Source: Deltaproteobacteria bacterium (lineage in GTDB: Bacteria; Myxococcota_A; Polyangia; Fen-1088). From it: a stretch of DNA of 64,000 bases. The notes under the pieces were generated by a model, which was given only the letters and a program-made list of their open reading frames with translations, searched no databases and had not been told where the DNA came from. The stretch lies in the NCBI GenBank assembly GCA_033763315.1, contig JANRKS010000005.1, forward strand, positions 321,646-385,645. The letters are read 5' to 3'. This document shows, one piece after another, positions 28,778 to 36,172 of this stretch (position 1 is the stretch's first letter; every line of letters starts with the position of its first letter). Made by a program: the position numbers and the translations under genes.

Positions 28778-29953
28778 CTACCGAAGAAACAGGATGTCCA
28801 ACGCGTCAGTTCGGCGGTCAATCGGGCCGGCGGAGATCTCGGTGCGATTCGCGAGCAACACGGTCGCGATGCCGCGGGAAGGGTAGATTCGCACGTTGCC
28901 GTGAAAGCCCAACCCGCCGCCCTGCTTTCCGAAGTAGGACTGGCCGGCCAACTTGCCGATCACCCAGCCGAGCGCGCCGGCAGGTTGTCCATTCGTCGTG
29001 TGCTGTCGTGCGAACAACTTCGCTTTTGTCTCCGCACGCAGCAGCACCGAATCGCTGCGGAGCAGGTCTGCAAGCACACGTCCCGGCGCTTGTGCCGTAA
29101 CGAAAAGGCCGCCGTACGCACGGCCGTAAGGCAGGACGCGCGAGCTGCTGCTCCACGGGCCGCGTGCGTCGCCCCAGTAGCGCGCTGGCGTCATGAGCCG
29201 AAGCATCCAAGTGAGGGGGCTGAACCGACGAGCGTATCCCACTGCCAACGCGCCGGGCCCGTCTATCGCGAAACGCGCCGACGCAGCCGTGAGGCCCAAG
29301 GGTCGGAACACGTGGTCGTCGACATAGGCCGCGTAGTCCTGGCCGGAGGTGCTTTCGATCACCTTCTCCAACAGCCAGTAGCCGAGGTTCGAATAGCCGT
29401 ACTTCTGCCCAGGTGCGTGGCGAAGGCGCGGGTGCTTCCCGAGGATCCGCTGGATCTCTCGGTCGCGATCGAACGACTGGCCTTGGACCACGAACCAATC
29501 GAGCGGCATTGGATCGGGCACGCCCGAGGTGTGAGCCAACAGCTGACGAATCGTGACGTCGTCGCCATACGGGTGGCGCTTGAAATACTTCTGAAGGGGC
29601 GCGTCCAGCTTGATTCTTCCCTGTTCCACCAGCTGCATAACGGCGATGGCGGTAATCACCTTGGTGGTCGAATACGCCATTAGGATCGTGGCCTCATTCA
29701 TCGGCGTTGCGGAGCCGACGTCGCTCACGCCGGCCGTTGCGGAAAACAGCACGCCCTTTGGACCGACGACCACGTACTGGATCCCAGGCACCTCTCCTGA
29801 TGAGACGAGCTGTTCCAAAGCCAGCCGCGCCCGCGCGGCCGGGGCTCCCTGGGTTACATCGGTGGCTGTACAACTTGGCATGGTCATCGATACCATCAGG
29901 ACAGCCAAGGCGTGCGCGAGGAACGAGCCGATCTGCTTGGCGCCGGGGTTCAT
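28778..29953 (-). CDS. Serine hydrolase, beta-lactamase class C/AmpC-like family (lipoprotein-like)
   Basis: SxxK (STTK), LLAHTSG, YSN; ATGA overlap with the upstream oxidase gene. Confidence 0.88.
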   Translation of the reverse strand: MNPGAKQIGSFLAHALAVLMVSMTMPSCTATDVTQGAPAARARLALEQLVSSGEVPGIQYVVVGPKGVLFSATAGVSDVGSATPMNEATILMAYSTTKVITAIAVMQLVEQGRIKLDAPLQKYFKRHPYGDDVTIRQLLAHTSGVPDPMPLDWFVVQGQSFDRDREIQRILGKHPRLRHAPGQKYGYSNLGYWLLEKVIESTSGQDYAAYVDDHVFRPLGLTAASARFAIDGPGALAVGYARRFSPLTWMLRLMTPARYWGDARGPWSSSSRVLPYGRAYGGLFVTAQAPGRVLADLLRSDSVLLRAETKAKLFARQHTTNGQPAGALGWVIGKLAGQSYFGKQGGGLGFHGNVRIYPSRGIATVLLANRTEISAGPIDRRTDALDILFLR

Positions 29954-30648
29954 CGCAACGGCTCCGACGTGACCGCGACGTGGTCATTGGGCTCAGGGGA
30001 GGTATGGAACCGTGCGCACGTCATGCGGCGCAGGCTCTCATCGCGGTGCTCGGCCTCGTCGCGGGCGATCTGGCGAAACAACGCCGCAAGCGTCGCGTGC
30101 GCACCGTAGTCTTCGGCGAAGATGCTGATCCAGGGCTGCGATTCAAGCTCGGGGTGGCCAGCGACAAACGCCAAGTATGAAACTTCGGCGTGATCCTCGA
30201 AGTCGGCGTTCAGTGCGTAACTCCAGCGCGGGTTGAGCACGTATAGAAGCCAGCTGACGTGGTAGTAGACAAGCGCCAGCAGCTGCGGGATCGCGCGGCC
30301 GAGCAACCACGATGTTCGTTCGCCACTTTTCGAAAGCAGCTCGTCCACGATCAGGAGGTGCCACTGCTCGTTGTCTTGGGCAGCGCGTGCCTCGCGCACG
30401 TACTCGAAGATCCGGCGGGCCGAGCGGAAGCGATGGTGGGCGTGAGTGAGCGCGACGTACGCGACGCCTTCCCAGGCCTGGTACGGCACGCGTGCGACCA
30501 ACTCCAAGACCTGAAGCTTCTTTAGAGTCAGCTGGCGCCCGTACAGGGCGTCCATCGTGAAGAACAAGGCACGCGCCAGCCAGCCGTGGCGTCGCGGAGC
30601 TCGTGTGATAGTTTGAGGGGCTTTGTTGCGAGTGGGGTTGGTGGTCAT
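29950..30648 (-). CDS. Alternative oxidase/PTOX-like di-iron carboxylate protein
   Basis: LELVARVPY, DNEQWHL, FEDHAEVSY and IARDEAEH give the four AOX/PTOX iron-ligand motifs; start at 30648 fits the sigma54 promoter. Confidence 0.8.
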   Translation of the reverse strand: MTTNPTRNKAPQTITRAPRRHGWLARALFFTMDALYGRQLTLKKLQVLELVARVPYQAWEGVAYVALTHAHHRFRSARRIFEYVREARAAQDNEQWHLLIVDELLSKSGERTSWLLGRAIPQLLALVYYHVSWLLYVLNPRWSYALNADFEDHAEVSYLAFVAGHPELESQPWISIFAEDYGAHATLAALFRQIARDEAEHRDESLRRMTCARFHTSPEPNDHVAVTSEPLR

Positions 30649-30661
30649 GCCATTCGCTTGC

Positions 30662-30677
30662 AGCAACCGACGTGCCA
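30662..30677 (-). promoter_or_regulatory. Sigma54 (-24/-12) promoter for the oxidase-hydrolase operon
   Basis: Minus strand TGGCACGTCGGTTGCT, a perfect match to TGGCACG-N4-TTGCW. Confidence 0.85.
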
Positions 30678-30693
30678 TCGCGACGGTGGCTGG

Positions 30694-31737
30694 TCAAACG
30701 ACGGTGGCGCGCCGGTTCGCAATCTTCCGCCACAGCGTGCTGCGGCTGATGCCCAGGACGCGCGCGGCGCGCTCTTGGTTGTTGTCGCAGCTGTCGAGAA
30801 CGCGGGCAATGTGCGCACGCTCCACCGCGTCCAGAGATTTGAGTTCGCCATCCGCTGCGGATGGCCGCGGTGGGGACACTGCGATGTCTTCTGGCAGATG
30901 CTCCACTGCGACAGCGCGATCTTGTGCGAAGGCAACGGCATGCTCGATGGCGTTGCCGAGCTCACGTACGTTGCCCGGCCACGTGTACGCTTCGAGCATC
31001 GCTCGCGCCCGCGCGGACAGCTTCAGGTCCGCTACGCCCAGCTTGCTGGCAAACATCCGCGCCAGCGGCACGATGTCGTCGCGTCGTTCGCGCAGCGGCG
31101 GGACATTCAGCGTGAACACCCGCAGCCGGTAGAACAGATCCTCGCGAAACCGACCGGCCGCGACCAGAGCCTTCAGATCACGGTGGGTGGCGCTGAGCAC
31201 TCGTACATCCACGGGACGTGCCCGCGCTTCCCCAACCCGCCGGATCTCGCCTTCTTGCAGGACGCGCAGCAGCTTGGCTTGCAGCAGAAGTGGCATCTCG
31301 CCGATCTCGTCGAGCAGCAACGTCCCGCCGTCGGCCTCACCGAAGAGACCGGGCGTGCTGGCAGCGGCACCCGTAAAAGCGCCCTTGGCGTGGCCAAACA
31401 ATTCCGACTCAAGCAGCTCTGAAGGCAGCGCCGCCACGTTCACGGCGAGGAACGGTCGCGAATGGCGTGGGCTGTTCGAGTGAATCAGGCGCGCGATGAC
31501 CTCCTTACCGGTGCCCGTCTCCCCGTGGATGACAGCGCTGGATTTGGTCTGCGCAACGACGGCGCACTTGGCGAGCACATTCCGAAGGGCTTCGCTGCTG
31601 GCAACGACACGCGAGCAACGGCGTAACCCGTCCACCTGCGGCGCACGCTTACAAACGCCACACAACCGAATCCGTTCCATGGGCTCGCTGCAGGGGCCAA
31701 CCACCGGGAGGTGACGAGTTTCATTTTGAGACGTCAT
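30694..31737 (-). CDS. Sigma54-dependent enhancer-binding protein (AAA+, Fis HTH) with a short Cys-rich N-terminus
   Basis: GETGTGKE, ESELFGH, GAFTGA, LLLDEIGE, FREDLFYRL, WPGNVREL, LGISRSTLWRK; the longer N-terminus in the ORF track overlaps opposite-strand genes. Confidence 0.92.
   Translation of the reverse strand: MTSQNETRHLPVVGPCSEPMERIRLCGVCKRAPQVDGLRRCSRVVASSEALRNVLAKCAVVAQTKSSAVIHGETGTGKEVIARLIHSNSPRHSRPFLAVNVAALPSELLESELFGHAKGAFTGAAASTPGLFGEADGGTLLLDEIGEMPLLLQAKLLRVLQEGEIRRVGEARARPVDVRVLSATHRDLKALVAAGRFREDLFYRLRVFTLNVPPLRERRDDIVPLARMFASKLGVADLKLSARARAMLEAYTWPGNVRELGNAIEHAVAFAQDRAVAVEHLPEDIAVSPPRPSAADGELKSLDAVERAHIARVLDSCDNNQERAARVLGISRSTLWRKIANRRATVV
31718..31732. promoter_or_regulatory. 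Candidate upstream activator sequence GTTTCA-TTT-TGAGAC
   Basis: Near-palindrome about 100 bp upstream of the predicted start site of the + strand sigma54 promoter; overlaps the first codons of the activator gene. Confidence 0.5.
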
Positions 31738-31796
31738 GTGTTCGATTCTGGAGAATACCGGCGTGAATGCGCCCAAGCAACCAAGGCTTTCGCCGC

Positions 31797-31812
31797 TGGC
31801 CCGAGCGTTGCA
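31797..31812 (+). promoter_or_regulatory. Sigma54 (-24/-12) promoter for the membrane pair/globin/hemerythrin operon
   Basis: TGGCCCGAGCGTTGCA, one mismatch to consensus, 28 nt before ATG 31841 (GGAG RBS). Confidence 0.75.
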
Positions 31813-31840
31813 GTCCCGGAGCTCCGAAAGGAGATCGTCT

Positions 31841-32332
31841 ATGAACCAAAAGCGACCTGCACTCTTTCCTCCGCCCGAGGACGCATCGATCCGGCAACGC
31901 CTTGCCAGGTACCTGCTACGCGCACACGGGGCTGGGCTTGTGTTGCTGGCGTCGGGCAATGCCGTCGTGTCGTTCCGAGCGACGCAAATGCCCATCGCGG
32001 GCCCGTTCCGCTTCCTGTTCGAGAATCCGGCCGCCGAGATCGGACTGCTGCAGGCGTACCTACTCATGGCCGCGATTGGCGCGGTCCTGTTCTGCGGGTC
32101 TTTCGCTGTGCGCATCGGCCGCTTCGACGCTCTCGGCATCGCCGCGCATCTGGTGCCGTTGTTGGCGCTCCTGGCCTTCCGCCCCCTTGTGATCTCGTTC
32201 ATGGGACCCGGCACCCTGCTGATGAGCGCCACCATCCATCTCACGTTCATCGCGATCGAGGTCGTGGCCCTGCTGCTGCAAGGCCGCATGGCGTGGTCGG
32301 GCAGAATCCAAGCCGGGGTGGTGGCGTCATGA
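31841..32332 (+). CDS. Hypothetical 4-TM membrane protein (paralog 1)
   Basis: Hydrophobic helices with LRAHG, AAHL and TIHL. Confidence 0.7.
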   Translation: MNQKRPALFPPPEDASIRQRLARYLLRAHGAGLVLLASGNAVVSFRATQMPIAGPFRFLFENPAAEIGLLQAYLLMAAIGAVLFCGSFAVRIGRFDALGIAAHLVPLLALLAFRPLVISFMGPGTLLMSATIHLTFIAIEVVALLLQGRMAWSGRIQAGVVAS

Positions 32333-32769
32333 TCTGGGGACGTTCCATCCTTCGCGCACACGGCAGCATTCTCGCGGTTCTCGGCGCGATGCTGTTCGGT
32401 CGGACACTGGTAGGTCGGTTTCATGGTGCCGGCATGTTCTCCTTCTTGGCGAGCAACCACGTGGCCGCGATCGGATTCGCTGAGGCCTACGGTCTGATTG
32501 CCCTCACCGGCGTGGCCCTCGTTCTGGGAGCAGGGTTACCCCGGCCCCGCGCTCTGCACATCGTGGCCGCCGGGATTCACGCTTTTCTTACAGCGATCAA
32601 CTTATCCAACTGGCGGTTCTACGCCGTGCTGGGCATGCAAGGCGCGGGCTACGGTTCGACCGCGATGCACGTGGTCCTTGCGACCGTCGAGGTTGCATGC
32701 GCAGTGATGTCCAGTGATGCGCGCGGGGCTACCTTACGAGGAAAGGCGGTCTGCGATGCGCGACCTTGA
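32329..32769 (+). CDS. Hypothetical 4-TM membrane protein (paralog 2)
   Basis: ATGA overlap with paralog 1; LRAHG, GIHA and AMHV. Confidence 0.7.
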   Translation: MIWGRSILRAHGSILAVLGAMLFGRTLVGRFHGAGMFSFLASNHVAAIGFAEAYGLIALTGVALVLGAGLPRPRALHIVAAGIHAFLTAINLSNWRFYAVLGMQGAGYGSTAMHVVLATVEVACAVMSSDARGATLRGKAVCDARP

Positions 32770-33151
32770 ATCCATCGCCGACTGCCGCGCGTTGGTCGAA
32801 CGCTTCTACGACGCCGCGCGACGCGATCCGCTGCTCGGTCCCGTCTTTGCCGCGAGGTTGTCGCGCGTGTGGCCCGATCACCTCGAAACCATGACCCGGT
32901 TCTGGGGCGCGGTGTTGTTCGCCCAACCCCTGTACCACGGAAGCCCGATCGAACGTCACCAAGGTCTACCGATCGAAGGCGCGCATTTTCGTCGCTGGCT
33001 CGATCTGTGGACGGAAGCCGTTGACGGTCTGTTCAGCGGTGCACGTGCCGAACACGCCAAGCGCGGCGCCGCGCGTATGGCCGAGCGGATGGCCAAGTCC
33101 GTTTCAGGCTTCGCTTCAAACACCACCACCATCACACCCGCTCGTCAATGA
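32756..33151 (+). CDS. Group III truncated hemoglobin (trHbP)
   Basis: LVERFY..ARRDPLLGPVF, WPDHL..MTRFW, YHGSP..RH, HFRRWL.LW. Confidence 0.9.
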   Translation: MRDLESIADCRALVERFYDAARRDPLLGPVFAARLSRVWPDHLETMTRFWGAVLFAQPLYHGSPIERHQGLPIEGAHFRRWLDLWTEAVDGLFSGARAEHAKRGAARMAERMAKSVSGFASNTTTITPARQ

Positions 33152-33972
33152 AAGGAATGAACATGATCAATACGCAAAAAGAAGGTCGAGTGTGGGCCCT
33201 CCACGCGCCCCTTGAGGTTGTCACGTTCGACATCTACCGTGACATCCATAAAGGGATCCGGGCCGAGCTGTTCGGCGTCACCACCGCCGCTGGCAACGTG
33301 GACCCGCACGACGGCACCGCGATCGCGTCACTGCTCCAGCGCTTGTCAGCACTCGTCGGGCTTCTGGACGGGCACGCCGCTCACGAGGATCGATACCTGG
33401 CGCCGCTCATCCAGCGCCAATCGGGTGCGCTGGCTGACGCCATCACGCAGGACCACCGCACCCTGGAAGGGCAGCTTCATCAGCTGGCGTCGACGCTGCA
33501 GAATGTCCCTTCGTCCAGGTCAGAACAGCGCTTGGCCGTTCATCGCTTCTACCTGTGCATGGCCTCGTTCACTTCGGACTATCTTGAGCACCAGGCGTTG
33601 GAGGAGCTCGAAGTGATGCCGGCCCTTGCTGCTGGGTACACAGTGCAGGATCTCTTGCATGTGAACGCCGAGATCCTCGCGGAGATCCCTCCTGAGACGA
33701 TGGCCGCATCGCTGTCTCTCCTCCTGCCGGCAATGAACGTTGATGATCGCGTCGAGATGTTGTCCGGGATCAGAGCGACCGCGCCACCTCAGGAGTTTGC
33801 GGCCGTACTCGGCCTCGCGGCCACCGTCCTGCCCCCAGCGGACTACGCGGCTCTGGCTGCGCTCGGCGACAACATTGTTGCCGCCACGAGGCGAACCATC
33901 GACAACGACAGCGTCACTCGCGCATTTGTTCCTTGTCTGCCAGCCAGGGAAGAAGGCTCTCGGAGAGGGTGA
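33148..33972 (+). CDS. Hemerythrin-domain (HHE) protein; C-terminus probably altered by a junction
   Basis: DIYRDIHKGIR, HAAHED, DH..LE, YLEHQALEE; the tail after YAALAAL looks unrelated. Confidence 0.82.
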   Translation: MKGMNMINTQKEGRVWALHAPLEVVTFDIYRDIHKGIRAELFGVTTAAGNVDPHDGTAIASLLQRLSALVGLLDGHAAHEDRYLAPLIQRQSGALADAITQDHRTLEGQLHQLASTLQNVPSSRSEQRLAVHRFYLCMASFTSDYLEHQALEELEVMPALAAGYTVQDLLHVNAEILAEIPPETMAASLSLLLPAMNVDDRVEMLSGIRATAPPQEFAAVLGLAATVLPPADYAALAALGDNIVAATRRTIDNDSVTRAFVPCLPAREEGSRRG

Positions 33973-34360
33973 CAACTTTTCCGATGATTGGCGAACCGTT
34001 GGCTCCGCTGACCTGGCTTCACTGCGTTCTTTGCTCCTTAGCATTGAGAACTACCCATTCCTAAAGGCAAGGCTTGCTGGCAAAAAGGAATTCACGCCCG
34101 GCTGCGCATTTCGACCTGGCTTCGCCATCCGCTTTGAGCGCCGCCGTGGATCGAAGGTGCGAAGGCTAGACATACTCCTCTGCTTTAGGTGCGGCCTCCT
34201 ACGACTGGTTCGGGGAGATGGCGCGGTTGAATATGCCGAAAGTATGACCGCGATGACCGATGGTTTGCGGATGATTATGGAGAGGGTCTTCCCTGGCAAG
34301 GACGACGTGTTGGAGGCCGCAAGACGGTATGATCGCCGCCAAGACGCCCTTCGGCAATAG
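33862..34360 (+). pseudogene. 5'-truncated hypothetical gene remnant
   Basis: Frame encodes CAFRPGFAIRF...DILLCFRC but has no credible start of its own; overlaps the hemerythrin tail; left boundary approximate. Confidence 0.4.
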
Positions 34361-34464
34361 AGGGCGTGACGACGGCGACTATCCGCGCCCAACGTATGAA
34401 AACTTGCGCGGGCAGCGCAGGTTCACTTGCACATGTGCTCGAAGACGGAGCGGGCGTCTTCGTG

Positions 34465-34554
34465 GTTAGTCGACGTAGAATGTGAAGCTGTCGATCACTT
34501 GGCCGCTTACGTTCTTGAAGTAGCCGGTGCCTTTTTTGGGATTGCCGTCCACAT
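34465..34554. repeat. Direct repeat copy 2 (90 bp): 3' end of the metallophosphoesterase CDS
   Basis: Matches 25837-25926 with one mismatch; adjacent hairpin CGAAGACG-N7-CGTCTTCG at 34440-34462. Confidence 0.95.
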
Positions 34555-36019
34555 GGAAGGTCAGGAACAAAGCGCCAAATTGGGCGCCTTGATTGCTTGT
34601 GTAGATTGAGGCCCAGATCGGGCAACTCGCGTCTGTGGTGTTAAGGGAGGCGTAGGGTGCCGACGACGCCGTGGGTGCGCAGCGCACTTGATCGCGCAAG
34701 CCGGTGCCGCCTGTGCCCACAACAGCCAGCCAGCTGCGGCCCGGTCCGACGCACAAACTTGAACCTGTGGCGCATGACGAAGAAATGGTTTGGTTGGTGA
34801 AGCTGCTCAAAGTCTTCGTGCGGTGGTATGTGTGCTCGTGCCCGTTGATGATGATGGCGCCTTGGTTCTTGCAAGCTTCATAGACGTCGTAGCCCATCTC
34901 GTCGCCTTTGCCGCCCACTTGAAGCTTGTTCTGGTTTTGGTGCCAGTAACAGATTTTCGAGATTTCCGCCCGGCCTGAAAATCGATCGTTGACCCGCGCA
35001 GCTGTGTCGCCCTTCTTTATGGCAACCAATGACACGCCTTTGAACACTGTAAGGTAGTTGGCGTCGTGCGCACCTGCGATGCGCGTAGCGCCGCCTAAGT
35101 GGTTGCTTGCTTCGGGCAAGAATCCTGACCATGAACTGTCGTCGTGGTTGCCGCGGGCCAAGAACACCGGATAGGTTTGCCCCACCTTCCCTTCGGTGGC
35201 GCTCCACCAGCCGTTCGGATCGGCATCGTACGTCATGTCTCCGGCCACGACCACGGCTTGTGCACCCTCGGCAAGAACCAGGTTCAGCACGCCAGTCCAG
35301 TTGGCGCCGTCTGCTGTATCCCCAACGAAAGCAATCTTGGTGTTCGCCTGTGCTGGCACGGGTGTCGTCGTCCCGGTACCCGCGCTTGTGATCACGATCT
35401 GTGGTTGATTGCTGGTGGCGTTGCGTGAACTAAAGTCCATTCCATCGGTGGTGCCCGGGATGATGGCCAAGGAGTAGGTGGCGTTCGGCGCTGTTACCAA
35501 ACTGGTGATATCCACCTCTTTCCACGTGTTCGCGCTTGCGCTGGTGATCGTGGCGATGTTGGTGGCATCGGGCGCGGGCTTGTTGTTCCAGGTGATGCCC
35601 GATTCGGTCCATGTATTGTTCGCCACACGGCGAACGTAGTAGGGGCCAGCCGATGCGTTGGTTACGTAGAAGCGCAACTTCACATTCGATATCGCGCCCA
35701 CATTGCCGACGGCGAAGCGGAGGTATCCGTGAAACACGATGCCCGCATCGTCGCCGTCGTTTTGCACGGTTGTGGCTGAACCATAGTTGGTGTTGGCATA
35801 TGTCCCGGAACGTACGTAAGAATCTGCCGCAAGACCACCCGTGGTGGTAAGACCGAAACGTTGCAGCTCGATGGCTGGGCCTTCCCCTCGCGGCACGCCC
35901 AGTTCCGACACCCTTTGTTCGTCGTCATCAGCCGCACAGCCCACAGCCAAAACGGCCATCAGCGGAGCTGTCAATGCAAAACCGCGAGCGAACGCATTCG
36001 ATCCCTTTATCAAGCCCAT
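34466..36019 (-). CDS. Lipoprotein with DNRLRE/CBM96-like domain and calcineurin-like metallophosphoesterase
   Basis: Lipobox AVGC; ADSYV...NTNYG, YLRF, WTESGITWNNKP, P.IVIT; GD, GDMTY, GNHD, GHEH; start approximate. Confidence 0.85.
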   Translation of the reverse strand: MGLIKGSNAFARGFALTAPLMAVLAVGCAADDDEQRVSELGVPRGEGPAIELQRFGLTTTGGLAADSYVRSGTYANTNYGSATTVQNDGDDAGIVFHGYLRFAVGNVGAISNVKLRFYVTNASAGPYYVRRVANNTWTESGITWNNKPAPDATNIATITSASANTWKEVDITSLVTAPNATYSLAIIPGTTDGMDFSSRNATSNQPQIVITSAGTGTTTPVPAQANTKIAFVGDTADGANWTGVLNLVLAEGAQAVVVAGDMTYDADPNGWWSATEGKVGQTYPVFLARGNHDDSSWSGFLPEASNHLGGATRIAGAHDANYLTVFKGVSLVAIKKGDTAARVNDRFSGRAEISKICYWHQNQNKLQVGGKGDEMGYDVYEACKNQGAIIINGHEHTYHRTKTLSSFTNQTISSSCATGSSLCVGPGRSWLAVVGTGGTGLRDQVRCAPTASSAPYASLNTTDASCPIWASIYTSNQGAQFGALFLTFHVDGNPKKGTGYFKNVSGQVIDSFTFYVD

Positions 36020-36172
36020 GACCATCCCTTTCCTACGCGACGTAAAGAGGCCCGTGCCTCGTCCCCGCTGTTGTAAGGCCAAAGCCACCCGGCTTGTGTG
36101 ACCCTTTGGGCAACTTCAAGTTGCGAAAGTGTGTCTGGTTTTCAACGGTCACCTCACGTAAGAAGGTCCGCG

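Larger units (their letters stand above)
25837..34554. mobile_element. Putative integrase-less genomic island (8.6 kb) inserted at a CDS 3' end
   Basis: Bounded by 90-bp direct repeats 8628 bp apart; accessory cargo and truncated gene remnants inside; no recombinase seen. Confidence 0.6.

Noticed and set aside
28778-29953. Bona fide beta-lactam resistance gene
   Set aside because: The SxxK/YxN fold is shared by many esterases and peptidases, and the third motif is KQG rather than KTG; resistance cannot be inferred
31738-32460. Long N-terminal extension of the sigma54 activator in the ORF track
   Set aside because: It is the antisense of two plausible membrane genes and a sigma54 promoter, and its translation is not domain-like
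25837-34554. The 90-bp repeat as a DGR template/variable repeat pair
   Set aside because: Only one mismatch (T/C on the coding strand, synonymous), no reverse transcriptase in the window, and the target is not a C-type-lectin-like domain
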